In this document: positions 8,806-17,530 of the stretch, one piece after another
How the letters are laid out: every line of letters starts with the position of its first letter
How positions within the stretch are numbered: position 1 is the stretch's first letter
Assembly (NCBI GenBank): GCA_003661465.1
Contig: QMWE01000001.1
Location: 1 to 39,771 of the forward strand
Direction: 5' to 3'
Source: Hadesarchaea archaeon
Lineage (GTDB): Archaea > Hadarchaeota > Hadarchaeia > Hadarchaeales > Hadarchaeaceae
DNA: 39,771 nucleotides
Program-made: the position numbers and the translations under genes
Notes under the pieces: model-generated
The model's input: only the letters and a program-made list of their open reading frames with translations
What the model was told of the DNA's origin: nothing
Databases searched by the model: none

Positions 8806-10011
8806 TCAGCTGCACATCTCCTGCGCTATTTCTCCAACTGATGTGACAAACTTTTCGATCTCGCTTTCCGTGTTGTAGTAGTGAACCGAAGCACGGACTG
8901 TCCCCTCCACACCAAGATGATTCATGGTCGGCTGCGCGCAGTGATGCCCAGAACGGACCGCTATCTTGGCGATTTCATCCAGCATCGATGCCACTTTGTG
9001 ATGATCTAGTCCTCTGATGTTAAAGCTGAGCACCCCACCATGCTGCACCGCTTCTGATGGACCATACACTTTGACACCAGCTATGTCCGCTATTTCCAGC
9101 ATCTGCTCAAGCAGTTTTCTTTCCCGTTTTGCGATCTTCTCCACGCCTATCTCAAGCACGTACTCACATGCGCGCCCGAGTCCTATCACTCCTGGAATAT
9201 TGGGGGTGCCCACATCAAAGACCTGTGGTGGCCCGACCAACTTCGACCGATGGAGTTTTACCTCCTCGACGATTCCGCCGCCGACCGTCAGTGGTTCGAG
9301 CCCGGATAATCTCCCCTGCGCGGCATAAAGAAATCCGGTGCCCTGTGGTCCCAACAGACCTTTATGCCCTGGAGCAACGAGAAAATCGCATTTCAACCTC
9401 CTGACATCGACCGGCATGTGACCCACGGACTGCGCGGCGTCGACCAGATACAGGATCTTATGGTCTTGAGCCAGCTTGCCTATTTCTTCCACCGGCTGGA
9501 TGCTCCCCACGGAGTTAGAGACGTGATGGACAGCTATCAGCCGAGTTTTCTTGTCTATTGCCCTTTCGAAATCAGCCGGATCGAGAAGACATTCCTTCGA
9601 TGCACCGACCAGCTCCAATTTTACACCCCGTTCACTCTCGAGGCGCTGCCATGGAAGGAGATTGCTGTGATGCTCGAGAACCGTGCTTATGACCTTATCG
9701 CCTTTCTTCAAGCCCAGTCCTCGAGCAACGATGTTGATGGCCTCAGTGGTATTTTTCGTGTAGGCTATATCCTCAGGTTTCGCCCCAATCACGCGGGCGA
9801 TTTTTACCCTAGTGGCCTCGAAGGCCTCGGTAGCGCGCTTGGCAGCACGATATAATCCTCGTCCGATATTTGCACTGTATTCTTGATAGTACTCGAGCAT
9901 AGCATCCAGGACGGGTTTGGGTGTAGGTGTGGTGGCCGCGTTGTCCAAGTATATCACGCCCGTGCGCAGAAACGGGATATCGGCTCTAACCCTCTCTACA
10001 CTTTTTGGCAC
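8806..10011 (-). CDS. sufS: cysteine desulfurase, class V aminotransferase (SufS/CsdA type)
   Basis: YLDNAATTP N-terminus, PLP-lysine region APGHKGLLGPQGTGFLY and catalytic-Cys loop RSGHHCAQP. Confidence 0.85.
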   Translation of the reverse strand: MPKSVERVRADIPFLRTGVIYLDNAATTPTPKPVLDAMLEYYQEYSANIGRGLYRAAKRATEAFEATRVKIARVIGAKPEDIAYTKNTTEAINIVARGLGLKKGDKVISTVLEHHSNLLPWQRLESERGVKLELVGASKECLLDPADFERAIDKKTRLIAVHHVSNSVGSIQPVEEIGKLAQDHKILYLVDAAQSVGHMPVDVRRLKCDFLVAPGHKGLLGPQGTGFLYAAQGRLSGLEPLTVGGGIVEEVKLHRSKLVGPPQVFDVGTPNIPGVIGLGRACEYVLEIGVEKIAKRERKLLEQMLEIADIAGVKVYGPSEAVQHGGVLSFNIRGLDHHKVASMLDEIAKIAVRSGHHCAQPTMNHLGVEGTVRASVHYYNTESEIEKFVTSVGEIAQEMCS

Positions 10012-10071
10012 TTTTTCACCTCAAAGGCTTCATTATCTAAAGTTGACTAATAATGGTAAAAGAGATAGCGT

Positions 10072-10329
10072 TCACAGCAAGCGCGTCAGACCCACAACCT
10101 GAACATTGCCGATACCGTGGATGCCCGCGAGCTCCCGTTCCAGCTGCTCCGTGCCACCCGCTGCGTCGTCGACAACGGCGACCACGCGGAGAGCTTGGAG
10201 GCCAAACGCCACCGGTTCTCTGGACACTGTGTGAACCTCGACAAGCCCCTTCACCGCCGCCTCGATCCTGTCCAAATCCACATCCGTGCTCTCCGGCATC
10301 AACTTTATGGTAACGGCAACTTTGGCCAT
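10072..10329 (-). CDS. translation elongation factor aEF-1 beta
   Basis: The 85-aa sequence MAKVAVTIKLMPESTDVDLDRIEAAVKGL ... REPVAFGLQALRVVAVVDD ... matches the archaeal EF-1beta size and pattern. It has the usual neighbouring Zn-ribbon gene upstream. Confidence 0.85.
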   Translation of the reverse strand: MAKVAVTIKLMPESTDVDLDRIEAAVKGLVEVHTVSREPVAFGLQALRVVAVVDDAAGGTEQLERELAGIHGIGNVQVVGLTRLL

Positions 10330-10341
10330 CGAATGTCCTCC

Positions 10342-10506
10342 TCACGGGCCGACGAACCCGCAACTTGCGCAACGATATGGCCTGCTGAGCCGTCTGCATT
10401 TTCTACAGCGTAAAATTTCGACGGACCCACAATTAGGGCAAGGAAATCTCGTCACTACCTCTCCCGAGGCTATCTCACGGTTGCATGAAGTACATATCAC
10501 CGCCAT
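10342..10506 (-). CDS. Zn-ribbon protein (COG2888-type, usual partner of aEF-1beta)
   Basis: MAVICTSCNREI...FPCPNCG...RCRKCR...YRCASCGF contains four CxxC pairs. ATG 10506 is preceded by a GGGTGGG Shine-Dalgarno-like site. The track ORF starts at TTG 10533. Confidence 0.7.
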   Translation of the reverse strand: MAVICTSCNREIASGEVVTRFPCPNCGSVEILRCRKCRRLSRPYRCASCGFVGP

Positions 10507-10728
10507 TTTGGTCCCACCCTCTGTTAGCTCCAATCATTTTAACTCTATCGGAAGTTCCCCTGCGAAAGCCGGGAGAAAGCCGCTTTTCCCGTTTATAAGG
10601 AACCAAGTGCCTGCCGAGTAGGGGAGCCACCCTGAATTTACGCCTGTGGACACCGGGGCCTCCGTAACCCAAAAAGTCGTGCGGCTGAAAGATGCTCTTC
10701 GCGAAGGAGAGAGGTCATACATTTGCGT

Positions 10729-10740
10729 GTCGTTTTATTT
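10729..10740 (+). promoter_or_regulatory. TATA-like element upstream of tRNA-Arg
   Basis: GTCGTTTTATTT lies about 25-35 nt upstream of the mature tRNA 5' end at 10765. It could equally act as an oligo-T terminator for an upstream transcript. Confidence 0.3.
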
Positions 10741-10764
10741 GCTCCATCGCTCCATCTATATATC

Positions 10765-10857
10765 GGGCTCGTGGTCCAGCTTGGATAAGACACAGGCCTG
10801 CGGTCGGAAAACGGCAGCGAGCCTGTAACCCGGGTTCGAATCCCGGCGAGCCCGCCA
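10765..10857 (+). tRNA. tRNA-Arg (anticodon GCG) with a 16-nt intron at the canonical 37/38 position; CCA encoded
   Basis: Acceptor stem GGGCTCG/CGAGCCC. T arm CCGGG-TTCGAAT-CCCGG. Anticodon stem CAGGC/GCCTG. Anticodon loop CT-GCG-G...A, with U33 and G37. The intron is 10804-10819 (TCGGAAAACGGCAGCG). CUGC (32-35) pairs with intron GCAG to form a 4-bp helix flanked by 3-nt bulges, which is a bulge-helix-bulge motif. Discriminator G followed by CCA. Confidence 0.85.
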
Positions 10858-10860
10858 GAA

Positions 10861-11613
10861 TCACACATCAAGAATCCGCCTCAGCTGTGCCGCATTTTTG
10901 TACATCTGAAAATTGTTGAACATCACGTAGACCTCGCGATGGTTCTTTTCAAGTTCTCTGACCCTGTCTGCGAGCCGTTCGAGCTCGGATGTAGAGTACT
11001 CGTAGTTGTAATCGTGCTCACGGGGGTTCAGACCGTGCAGACGGATATACGCCACCCAATGGTTTGACAGAGGTTCCCCACGCATCAGATCCACCACGTG
11101 GACCAACTCGAGTTCTTCGCAAAGCTCCTCAATTTTTTCTGGATGTTCCTTCCAGTCGCCTCTAGGCTCCCACGCCAGGACGAGGTCTCCACGCTCGACC
11201 GATGACAAAAATTTTCTCATATTTTCGATATTTTTCCCCGTACATTTGAAATTTGGAGGGCACTGGATTACACAAACTTTGATATCAAGAACATTTGCGA
11301 CTTCCATTATTTGATTCCATGCGTTGAAGTTATCCTGTGTGGGACGAAGCCACCCATACTGCCTTCGCGCAAGGTCCTCCGGCTTCAAGTTGGACCGACG
11401 CCAAGTCGGACTGGTGGACAAGTGAGTGATAGCCTGCCAAGCTTTCAACGTGAACTCAAATCCTTCTGGCGCCTCTGACCTCCATCGCTCGGCCGTCTTA
11501 AGTGCTGGGAGCCTATAAAAGCTCTGCTGAATCTCCACCGTGGAAAACTTCTTCTGATAGGCGCTCAAGCCCCCCCTATAAAAACCCCATCCACAGCACC
11601 CAACTTTGATCAT
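10861..11613 (-). CDS. DUF72 (YecE/UPF0759) family protein
   Basis: The DUF72 pattern is visible: MIKVGCCGWGF...FSTVEIQQSFYRLP...FEFTLKAWQ...VIQCPPNF...AWEPRGDW...YIRLHG...YNYEYS...VYVMFNN. Confidence 0.8.
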   Translation of the reverse strand: MIKVGCCGWGFYRGGLSAYQKKFSTVEIQQSFYRLPALKTAERWRSEAPEGFEFTLKAWQAITHLSTSPTWRRSNLKPEDLARRQYGWLRPTQDNFNAWNQIMEVANVLDIKVCVIQCPPNFKCTGKNIENMRKFLSSVERGDLVLAWEPRGDWKEHPEKIEELCEELELVHVVDLMRGEPLSNHWVAYIRLHGLNPREHDYNYEYSTSELERLADRVRELEKNHREVYVMFNNFQMYKNAAQLRRILDV

Positions 11614-11617
11614 GGGA

Positions 11618-12598
11618 TCACCATGCGTAGAAGAGGGTCAATCCGACCAGATATATCACATACATCGCCAAAAGCGCCATCCCGTGCACGCGCCTCAATC
11701 GTTTTCTTTTCCACATGAACCCGAGCAACATAGCGGAAGAAAAAAGCATCATCGGATTGCTGAACGACATTCCCTGGAGGTCTACACCCAAGGGTACACC
11801 TTTCGCGGCTCCAACCAAAGCTGCGCTGCCGACGACGAACGCCGCGTTGAAGATGTTGGAACCAATCACGGTGCCTATGGAGATATCATGAAGTTTTTTT
11901 CTCACGGAGAGCAATATGGTGGCCAGCTCGGGAATTGACGTCCCCACCGCCACGAGCGTAAAACCTACGGCGGCCTGAGCTTCGAGCTTTGTCATGCCAA
12001 CCGCCACCAACACTCCCTCAGCGATCCCTGAAGCGCCGAACACGAGCAACCGAGCTCCAATTATCACTCCGGCTGTTCCCAAAGTGGAAAGCAAAAACAA
12101 CTTTCGAAGACCGACACGCTTTTTTGGGGTGGTCTCATTTAAGTTTTTTACTCCAGTCCGCTCCCTTTTTATCACAAACCACATGAAGAGGGTAAAAAAC
12201 ACGAGGAGGGAAATACCTTCCACAGGTTCAATCGTCCCATCGAGAGACATCACAGCAAGCGCCCCTCCGATCCCGAGCATTGCCAGACCATCATTGAGTC
12301 CCTTTCTGTCTATCCTAGCTATTCCAAAAATCGCTGCGACCGCCAGAACTAACGCTATGTTGACGATGTTTGAGCCAACCACGTTTCCGTACGAAAGTCC
12401 CCCTTTTCCCAGTCCAACCGCGATCAGCGAAGTGAAGAACTCCGGTGCCGAGGTAGCAAAAGCGATAAGGGTAAGGGCTATCGTCACCTGGGAAACGCCC
12501 AACGCACGGGCTATCCCACATGCCGAGTCGACGAAAAGATCTCCCGCTTTGTGGATCAGAATTATCGATGCCACCAACGCAAGGGCGAACTCTATCAA
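11618..12598 (-). CDS. Ca2+/cation antiporter (CaCA family, YrbG/NCKX-like)
   Basis: Two alpha-repeats, FATSAPEFFTSL and GTSIPELATILLSV, each followed by GSNI(V/F)N. About 10 TM segments. Confidence 0.85.
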   Translation of the reverse strand: MIEFALALVASIILIHKAGDLFVDSACGIARALGVSQVTIALTLIAFATSAPEFFTSLIAVGLGKGGLSYGNVVGSNIVNIALVLAVAAIFGIARIDRKGLNDGLAMLGIGGALAVMSLDGTIEPVEGISLLVFFTLFMWFVIKRERTGVKNLNETTPKKRVGLRKLFLLSTLGTAGVIIGARLLVFGASGIAEGVLVAVGMTKLEAQAAVGFTLVAVGTSIPELATILLSVRKKLHDISIGTVIGSNIFNAAFVVGSAALVGAAKGVPLGVDLQGMSFSNPMMLFSSAMLLGFMWKRKRLRRVHGMALLAMYVIYLVGLTLFYAW

Positions 12599-12647
12599 CC
12601 CAACCCCAAGTCACTCTGACGTTGTTAATTATAAGGAAATACCCGCC

Positions 12648-13535
12648 CTACACGTCACGAATTTGCAACTTTTCCGTTTCCTTGAGGGTCTTTATATCGA
12701 TCCCCTTCATCGGCTGGGGTAGATTTTTGCATGCCTCAAGAACTGCTTCCGGATCATCGTAATGTCTGGTCGCTTCCACTATTGCCCTCGCCATCCTTGG
12801 AGGGTCTGTTGATTTGAAAATTCCGGAACCAACGAATACGCCATCCACGCCAAGTTGCATCACCAGCGCGCTGTCGGCCGGCCCGGCGATCCCGCCCGCT
12901 GCAAACCAGACAACCGGCAGGCGCTGGAGCTTGGCAGTCTCCCTCACGAGCTCGACCGGAACATTATATTCAAGCGCCTTTTTCTCGAGTTCGTCGTCCG
13001 CCATCCTTGAAAGCTCAGATATCTGCCGTTTCGTCAGCTTTATGTGCCGGACCGCCTCGACTATATTTCCGGTCCCGGCCTCCCCCTTTGTCCTGATCAT
13101 CGCTGCTCCCTCATTTATCCTCCGCAACGCCTGCCCGAGGTCATAGGCACCACAGACAAACGGCACTTTGAACTTTCTTTTGTCCACGTGGGCTTCCTCA
13201 TCCGCGACTGTGAGCACTTCACTTTCATCTATCATATCGACCCCCAGAGCCTCGAGGACCTGGGCCTCTGCAAAATGGCCAATCCTGCATTTTGCCATCA
13301 CGGGGATCGTGACGGCATTCATTATCGCTTCTATTACCCCGGGATCCGCCATTCTCGCTACGCCACCTGCCGCCCGGATATCCGCCGGAACCGCCTGCAA
13401 CGCCATCACGGCCACCGCCCCGGCCTCCTCCGCGATTATTGCCTGTTCCGGGGTGGTGACGTCCATTATTACTCCACCTTTCTGCATCTTGGCGAATCCT
13501 CGTTTCAGACGTTCGGAACCAAACACGATCTCCAC
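12648..13535 (-). CDS. pdxS: pyridoxal 5'-phosphate synthase lyase subunit PdxS
   Basis: [47 protein letters not shown] and FVCGA...[12 protein letters not shown] are highly conserved PdxS motifs. Confidence 0.95.
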   Translation of the reverse strand: MEIVFGSERLKRGFAKMQKGGVIMDVTTPEQAIIAEEAGAVAVMALQAVPADIRAAGGVARMADPGVIEAIMNAVTIPVMAKCRIGHFAEAQVLEALGVDMIDESEVLTVADEEAHVDKRKFKVPFVCGAYDLGQALRRINEGAAMIRTKGEAGTGNIVEAVRHIKLTKRQISELSRMADDELEKKALEYNVPVELVRETAKLQRLPVVWFAAGGIAGPADSALVMQLGVDGVFVGSGIFKSTDPPRMARAIVEATRHYDDPEAVLEACKNLPQPMKGIDIKTLKETEKLQIRDV

Positions 13536-13588
13536 ACGATCGCCTCAAACTACATAGTTTGGGACATGCCTATTAAAAGTGGTGTTCG

Positions 13589-14725
13589 ATGATCTCAAGG
13601 CCAGAGGGCCAAATGGTGAGATGTGAGCTTTGCGGCAGGATCTCGGCCGACATCTCGGCAGCGCTCAGGGTATGCGGTGCCTGCATCAAGGAGCGCTTTG
13701 ATGACGCCAAACCATACATCGAATCTGCCCACGCACGAATCCGGAAGCAACACGGGTTGCCACCCGAGCCACCTCGCGAACCAAGCGGGAAAAAGTGTAA
13801 TGGATGTGGAAATGCCTGTCGTATCCCACTTGGTGGAAGGGGATTCTGTGGACTCGTTGAAAACGTTGATGGAAAACTCGTCAGAAGATTTGGCACTTCA
13901 GAACTGGGGCTGCTAAACTTGTATTATGACCTCATACCCACCAACTGCGTTCCAGCGGAGTTCTGTGCCGGATCTGGCGGATCTGGGTATCCCAAATGGT
14001 GCAGGACGCCGAAAGGTGATGTGGGCTACAAAAATCTGGCAGTTTTCATTGGAAGCTGCACATATAACTGCCTCTTTTGTCAGAACTTTGTCTTTCACGA
14101 ACTCGCCACAAATAAGAAGTCAGCCGTCACTCCGAACGAAATTGCCGAGGCAGCAAACGAAGATACTGCGTGTGTCTGCTACTTTGGGGGAGATCCATCG
14201 AGCCAGATGCCGTTCGTCATCTCATCTGCAAAGTTGGTGCATGAAAGGGCCGACAGGGAAAAGCGTGTCTTACGTGTTTGCCTCGAAACGAACCTGAACA
14301 TGAACTCGGAAGACCTGAAACAGATCGGGAGGATATCCATGAAGAGCGGCGGTGGGATCAAGGCGGACCTAAAATGCTGGTCAACGGAAATATTGTATGC
14401 CTTATCTGGCATGAAACACCGGCAGGCGTATAAAAACTTTGAATGGCTATCCAAACAGCACGAGGAACGTCCGGAGGTACCGTTCGCCAGAGCCAGTACG
14501 TTGCTGGTACCCGGGTATGTGGATGAGGAGGAAATACGTTCCCTAGCTTCATTCATAGCTGATCTGAACCCGAGCATACCATACTCCCTTCTAGCATTTC
14601 ATCCCTCCTACCACATGCAGGATATGCCCTACACACGACGGGAAGAGGCGGAGCTATTTCTGGAGATTTGTAAAAAAGAAGGCCTTCAACGTGTCAGGAT
14701 TGGCAACCCATGGCTACTGTGGTAA
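13589..14725 (+). CDS. radical SAM protein, PflA/AmrS-like activase family, with N-terminal Cys-rich extension
   Basis: The radical SAM CxxxCxxC motif is present as GSCTYNCLFCQN. N-terminal cysteine clusters are CELCG...CGAC and CNGCGNAC...GFCG. Confidence 0.75.
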   Translation: MISRPEGQMVRCELCGRISADISAALRVCGACIKERFDDAKPYIESAHARIRKQHGLPPEPPREPSGKKCNGCGNACRIPLGGRGFCGLVENVDGKLVRRFGTSELGLLNLYYDLIPTNCVPAEFCAGSGGSGYPKWCRTPKGDVGYKNLAVFIGSCTYNCLFCQNFVFHELATNKKSAVTPNEIAEAANEDTACVCYFGGDPSSQMPFVISSAKLVHERADREKRVLRVCLETNLNMNSEDLKQIGRISMKSGGGIKADLKCWSTEILYALSGMKHRQAYKNFEWLSKQHEERPEVPFARASTLLVPGYVDEEEIRSLASFIADLNPSIPYSLLAFHPSYHMQDMPYTRREEAELFLEICKKEGLQRVRIGNPWLLW

Positions 14726-14754
14726 AGTTTTAACATGCCAAGCGCAATCCTGCC

Positions 14755-15918
14755 TTGGTGAGGCGCTTGCCGATTCATGTGTCTGAATGTGTAACAGGCG
14801 TATTCGCATTTGACGACGCAGAGCAGATGATCTCCTCCGAACATTTCCCGAAAGATCCCACCGAGGTCGCCAACCGGATCGCGGACATCCAATCCGGAAT
14901 CCCATCGCCAGAACATCGCAGGCTCATAGGTAGATTGGTGGAGAGAGGGCACACTGATTTTACGCTAGAATCAACTCCTATCGCAAGAAAACTTCAACAA
15001 GAGTTCAGAAGGGCTAAGTTCGAACCAGTCATGCCAAACCTCGCCGGTAAAATTCTCCGCGAGAAATTCATGGAGGTGGAGGGAGATATCGAGCTGGACA
15101 TCCGGAAGTTCGCTCGTGAAGTCAGCTTTGTCCTAGCACGACATAAACTCCGATTAGAAGCAAGCCGACGGGACAAACTCATCATCCAAACGATAGGCCT
15201 GCTGGACGAGATCGACAAATTTTCAAATATCCTGATTGGGATGGTCCGGGAGTGGTATTCCACTCATTTCCCGGAGCTGAACCGCTTGGTCCCGGATCAT
15301 CAGACATATCTAAAACTCATCGTGGATCTAGGGTCACGAGAGAATTTCAGTTTGGAGGGTATCAAAGCTGCTGTGAAAATACCACATGAAAAAGCGGAAA
15401 AGATCATGGAGGCTGCGTTGAGCTCCCTCGGTGCCCAATTTGACGAACTCGACACGGTGACCATACAAGGAAGCGCTCGAGAGATCCTTCACATGTACGA
15501 ACTTCGTGAACAAGTTTCCAGATACATAGACGAAGTGATGGATCAAGTAGCACCAAACCTTCGCACGGTGGTCGGTGGTCCAATCGGTGCCCGCCTCATA
15601 TCGCTTGCTGGCGGACTTGAGAGACTTTCCAAGATGCCCGCCAGTACGATCCAAGTACTCGGAGCTGAAAAGGCACTGTTCCGTGCACTAAAGACCCGAG
15701 CAAGGCCCCCGAAGCACGGTGTGATCTATCAGTATCCCGAGATAAGAGGAGCGCCAAGGTCTATGCGCGGAAAGATAGCTCGCGCGCTTGCAGGAAAGAT
15801 AGCCATTGCAGCGAGGATTGACGCCATGTCCGGAGAGTTTATCGGGGACAAACTGGCTACTGACCTGAAAACTCGTATTGCCAGTATAAGATCCAAAGAG
15901 GAGGGTAGAAAACGATGA
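14755..15918 (+). CDS. nop5: C/D box sRNP core protein Nop5 (Nop56/58)
   Basis: NOSIC/Nop domain motifs YSTHFPELN, APNL...GGPIGARLIS.AGGL..L...PASTIQ.LGAEKALFRA and KHG.IYQ. It overlaps the fibrillarin start (ATGA). The true start may be GTG 14779 rather than TTG 14755. Confidence 0.9.
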   Translation: MVRRLPIHVSECVTGVFAFDDAEQMISSEHFPKDPTEVANRIADIQSGIPSPEHRRLIGRLVERGHTDFTLESTPIARKLQQEFRRAKFEPVMPNLAGKILREKFMEVEGDIELDIRKFAREVSFVLARHKLRLEASRRDKLIIQTIGLLDEIDKFSNILIGMVREWYSTHFPELNRLVPDHQTYLKLIVDLGSRENFSLEGIKAAVKIPHEKAEKIMEAALSSLGAQFDELDTVTIQGSAREILHMYELREQVSRYIDEVMDQVAPNLRTVVGGPIGARLISLAGGLERLSKMPASTIQVLGAEKALFRALKTRARPPKHGVIYQYPEIRGAPRSMRGKIARALAGKIAIAARIDAMSGEFIGDKLATDLKTRIASIRSKEEGRKR

Positions 15919-16595
15919 AAATAGTGGGACATGAACGCTTCAAGTCCGTGTACTGGATCGAATTCGACAACGGGAGCAAAAAGTTAGCCACAGAAAACTT
16001 GGCTCCCGGTGTCCAAGTATACGGAGAGAAACTTGTGAAACTTGAAGGAAGGGAATACAGGACTTGGGATCCGTATCGCAGCAAGCTCGCCGCGTCCATC
16101 TTGAAAAACATCAAAAAAGTTCCTGTGGAATCTGGAAAACTTGTGCTTTATCTAGGAGCGGCAAGTGGGACCACACCTTCACATGTCTCGGATATCGTGG
16201 GATTAGAGGGATGCGTTTACTGTGTGGAAATCTCCCCCCGCCCGTTCAGAGACCTCCTATCCGTATGTGAAAAAAGGGCTAACATGACGCCAATACTTGC
16301 CGACGCCCGTCACCCATCCAATTATTCTGTACTTCTCGAAAAGGTGGATGTGATATACCAGGACATTGCTCAGCCAGATCAGACAGACATTTTCTTGGCC
16401 AACGGGAGGGCGTTCCTCAAAGAGGGAGGATACGCCCTACTGGTACTCAAAGCGCGCAGCATAGACGTGACCAAAGAACCCTGGGAAATATTCAGGAACG
16501 AAATAGAAAAGCTCGAGAAGGAAATGGAACTCTTAGATGCTAAGATCTTGGACCCTTATGAGAAGGATCACGCTATGTTGGTCTTGAGGAAGTAA
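15915..16595 (+). CDS. flpA: fibrillarin-like rRNA/tRNA 2'-O-methyltransferase
   Basis: YRTWDPYRSKLAA, VLYLGAASGTTPSHVSDIV and DVIYQDIAQPDQ are classic fibrillarin motifs. The gene sits immediately downstream of nop5. Confidence 0.95.
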   Translation: MKIVGHERFKSVYWIEFDNGSKKLATENLAPGVQVYGEKLVKLEGREYRTWDPYRSKLAASILKNIKKVPVESGKLVLYLGAASGTTPSHVSDIVGLEGCVYCVEISPRPFRDLLSVCEKRANMTPILADARHPSNYSVLLEKVDVIYQDIAQPDQTDIFLANGRAFLKEGGYALLVLKARSIDVTKEPWEIFRNEIEKLEKEMELLDAKILDPYEKDHAMLVLRK

Positions 16596-16600
16596 AGACG

Positions 16601-17503
16601 TTACCGCGTGGTGACCTCGCACCCCTGCTCAGTTACGATCATCGTGTGCTCGGCTTGCGCGACCTTTCCTCCTGCTCGCTCCGCGAGCACATAATATGGC
16701 CAAAGAGCTCCTATCCCTGAGAGCTCACGCAACGTGAGCTCAAGTCTCAGTTTCGACATACGTTTTGCGAGCCACCTCTCCGCGAAAGGCAATCCATCGT
16801 ATCTACGTCTGATGTCCCTCAGGAGCTCACGAGACATGCGCAGTCTCGTGGGTACTTCCCGCAGATAACGAAAAATGTAGGCTCTTTTTTGATCCTCGAC
16901 ATACCCTGCTCCATCAGTCACAAAGGGTTCGAGCGCTATCACATCTCCCACTTTCAGCTTTTGTCCTGTCCGCTCATCGACGTTCGGGATGGTCAAGCCG
17001 GCATGCAGATCCCATCGGGCCAAACTGTGTCCTGTGAGGTTTCGGATGGGTTTCAAACCTGCGGCTTTAGCCACACCCTCCACAGCCTTGCCAATCTCAC
17101 CCACATCTATTCCTGGCTTAACGACATTTATGGCGGCCTCAAGGGCCTGTTCGACTGTCCGTACCAGATCCTCCTTTTCTCCAATCGCCACCGTGAAAGC
17201 CGTATCCGCGATGTATCCATCTAGGTGAGCCCCCATGTCAACCTTGACCACGTCTCCCTCTTTGATCACCGCATCGTCGGTGGCCGGAGGACTGTAATGA
17301 GCTGCGATTTCGTTAACTGAAACGTTGCATGGAAAAGCCGGCTCGACACCCTTTTGCCGGATGAGATCTTCCGTCGTTTCAGCTATCTCAACCAGTTTCG
17401 TCCCAACTTTTACGAGCGGACGCACCTGTTCGCGAACCTCTGCCAGAAGCTTTCCAACCTTCCTGTATTTTTCTAGTTCTTCGTCGTTCAACATGACAAC
17501 CAC
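16601..17503 (-). CDS. map: methionine aminopeptidase, type II
   Basis: AFPCNVSVNEIAAHYSP, VVKVDMGAHLDGYIADTAFT, LTGHSL and AQAEHT.IVT give the archaeal type-2 MetAP pattern. 300 aa. Confidence 0.95.
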   Translation of the reverse strand: MVVMLNDEELEKYRKVGKLLAEVREQVRPLVKVGTKLVEIAETTEDLIRQKGVEPAFPCNVSVNEIAAHYSPPATDDAVIKEGDVVKVDMGAHLDGYIADTAFTVAIGEKEDLVRTVEQALEAAINVVKPGIDVGEIGKAVEGVAKAAGLKPIRNLTGHSLARWDLHAGLTIPNVDERTGQKLKVGDVIALEPFVTDGAGYVEDQKRAYIFRYLREVPTRLRMSRELLRDIRRRYDGLPFAERWLAKRMSKLRLELTLRELSGIGALWPYYVLAERAGGKVAQAEHTMIVTEQGCEVTTR

Positions 17504-17530
17504 CCAAAATAGGGGGCTGTATAAAAAAAC

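Noticed and set aside
10640-10920. Integrated element next to the tRNA gene, and the short ORFs 10638-10871, 10646-10828 and 10692-10919
   Set aside because: There is no integrase, no direct repeat of the tRNA 3' end and no compositional break visible. The short ORFs simply overlap the tRNA gene.
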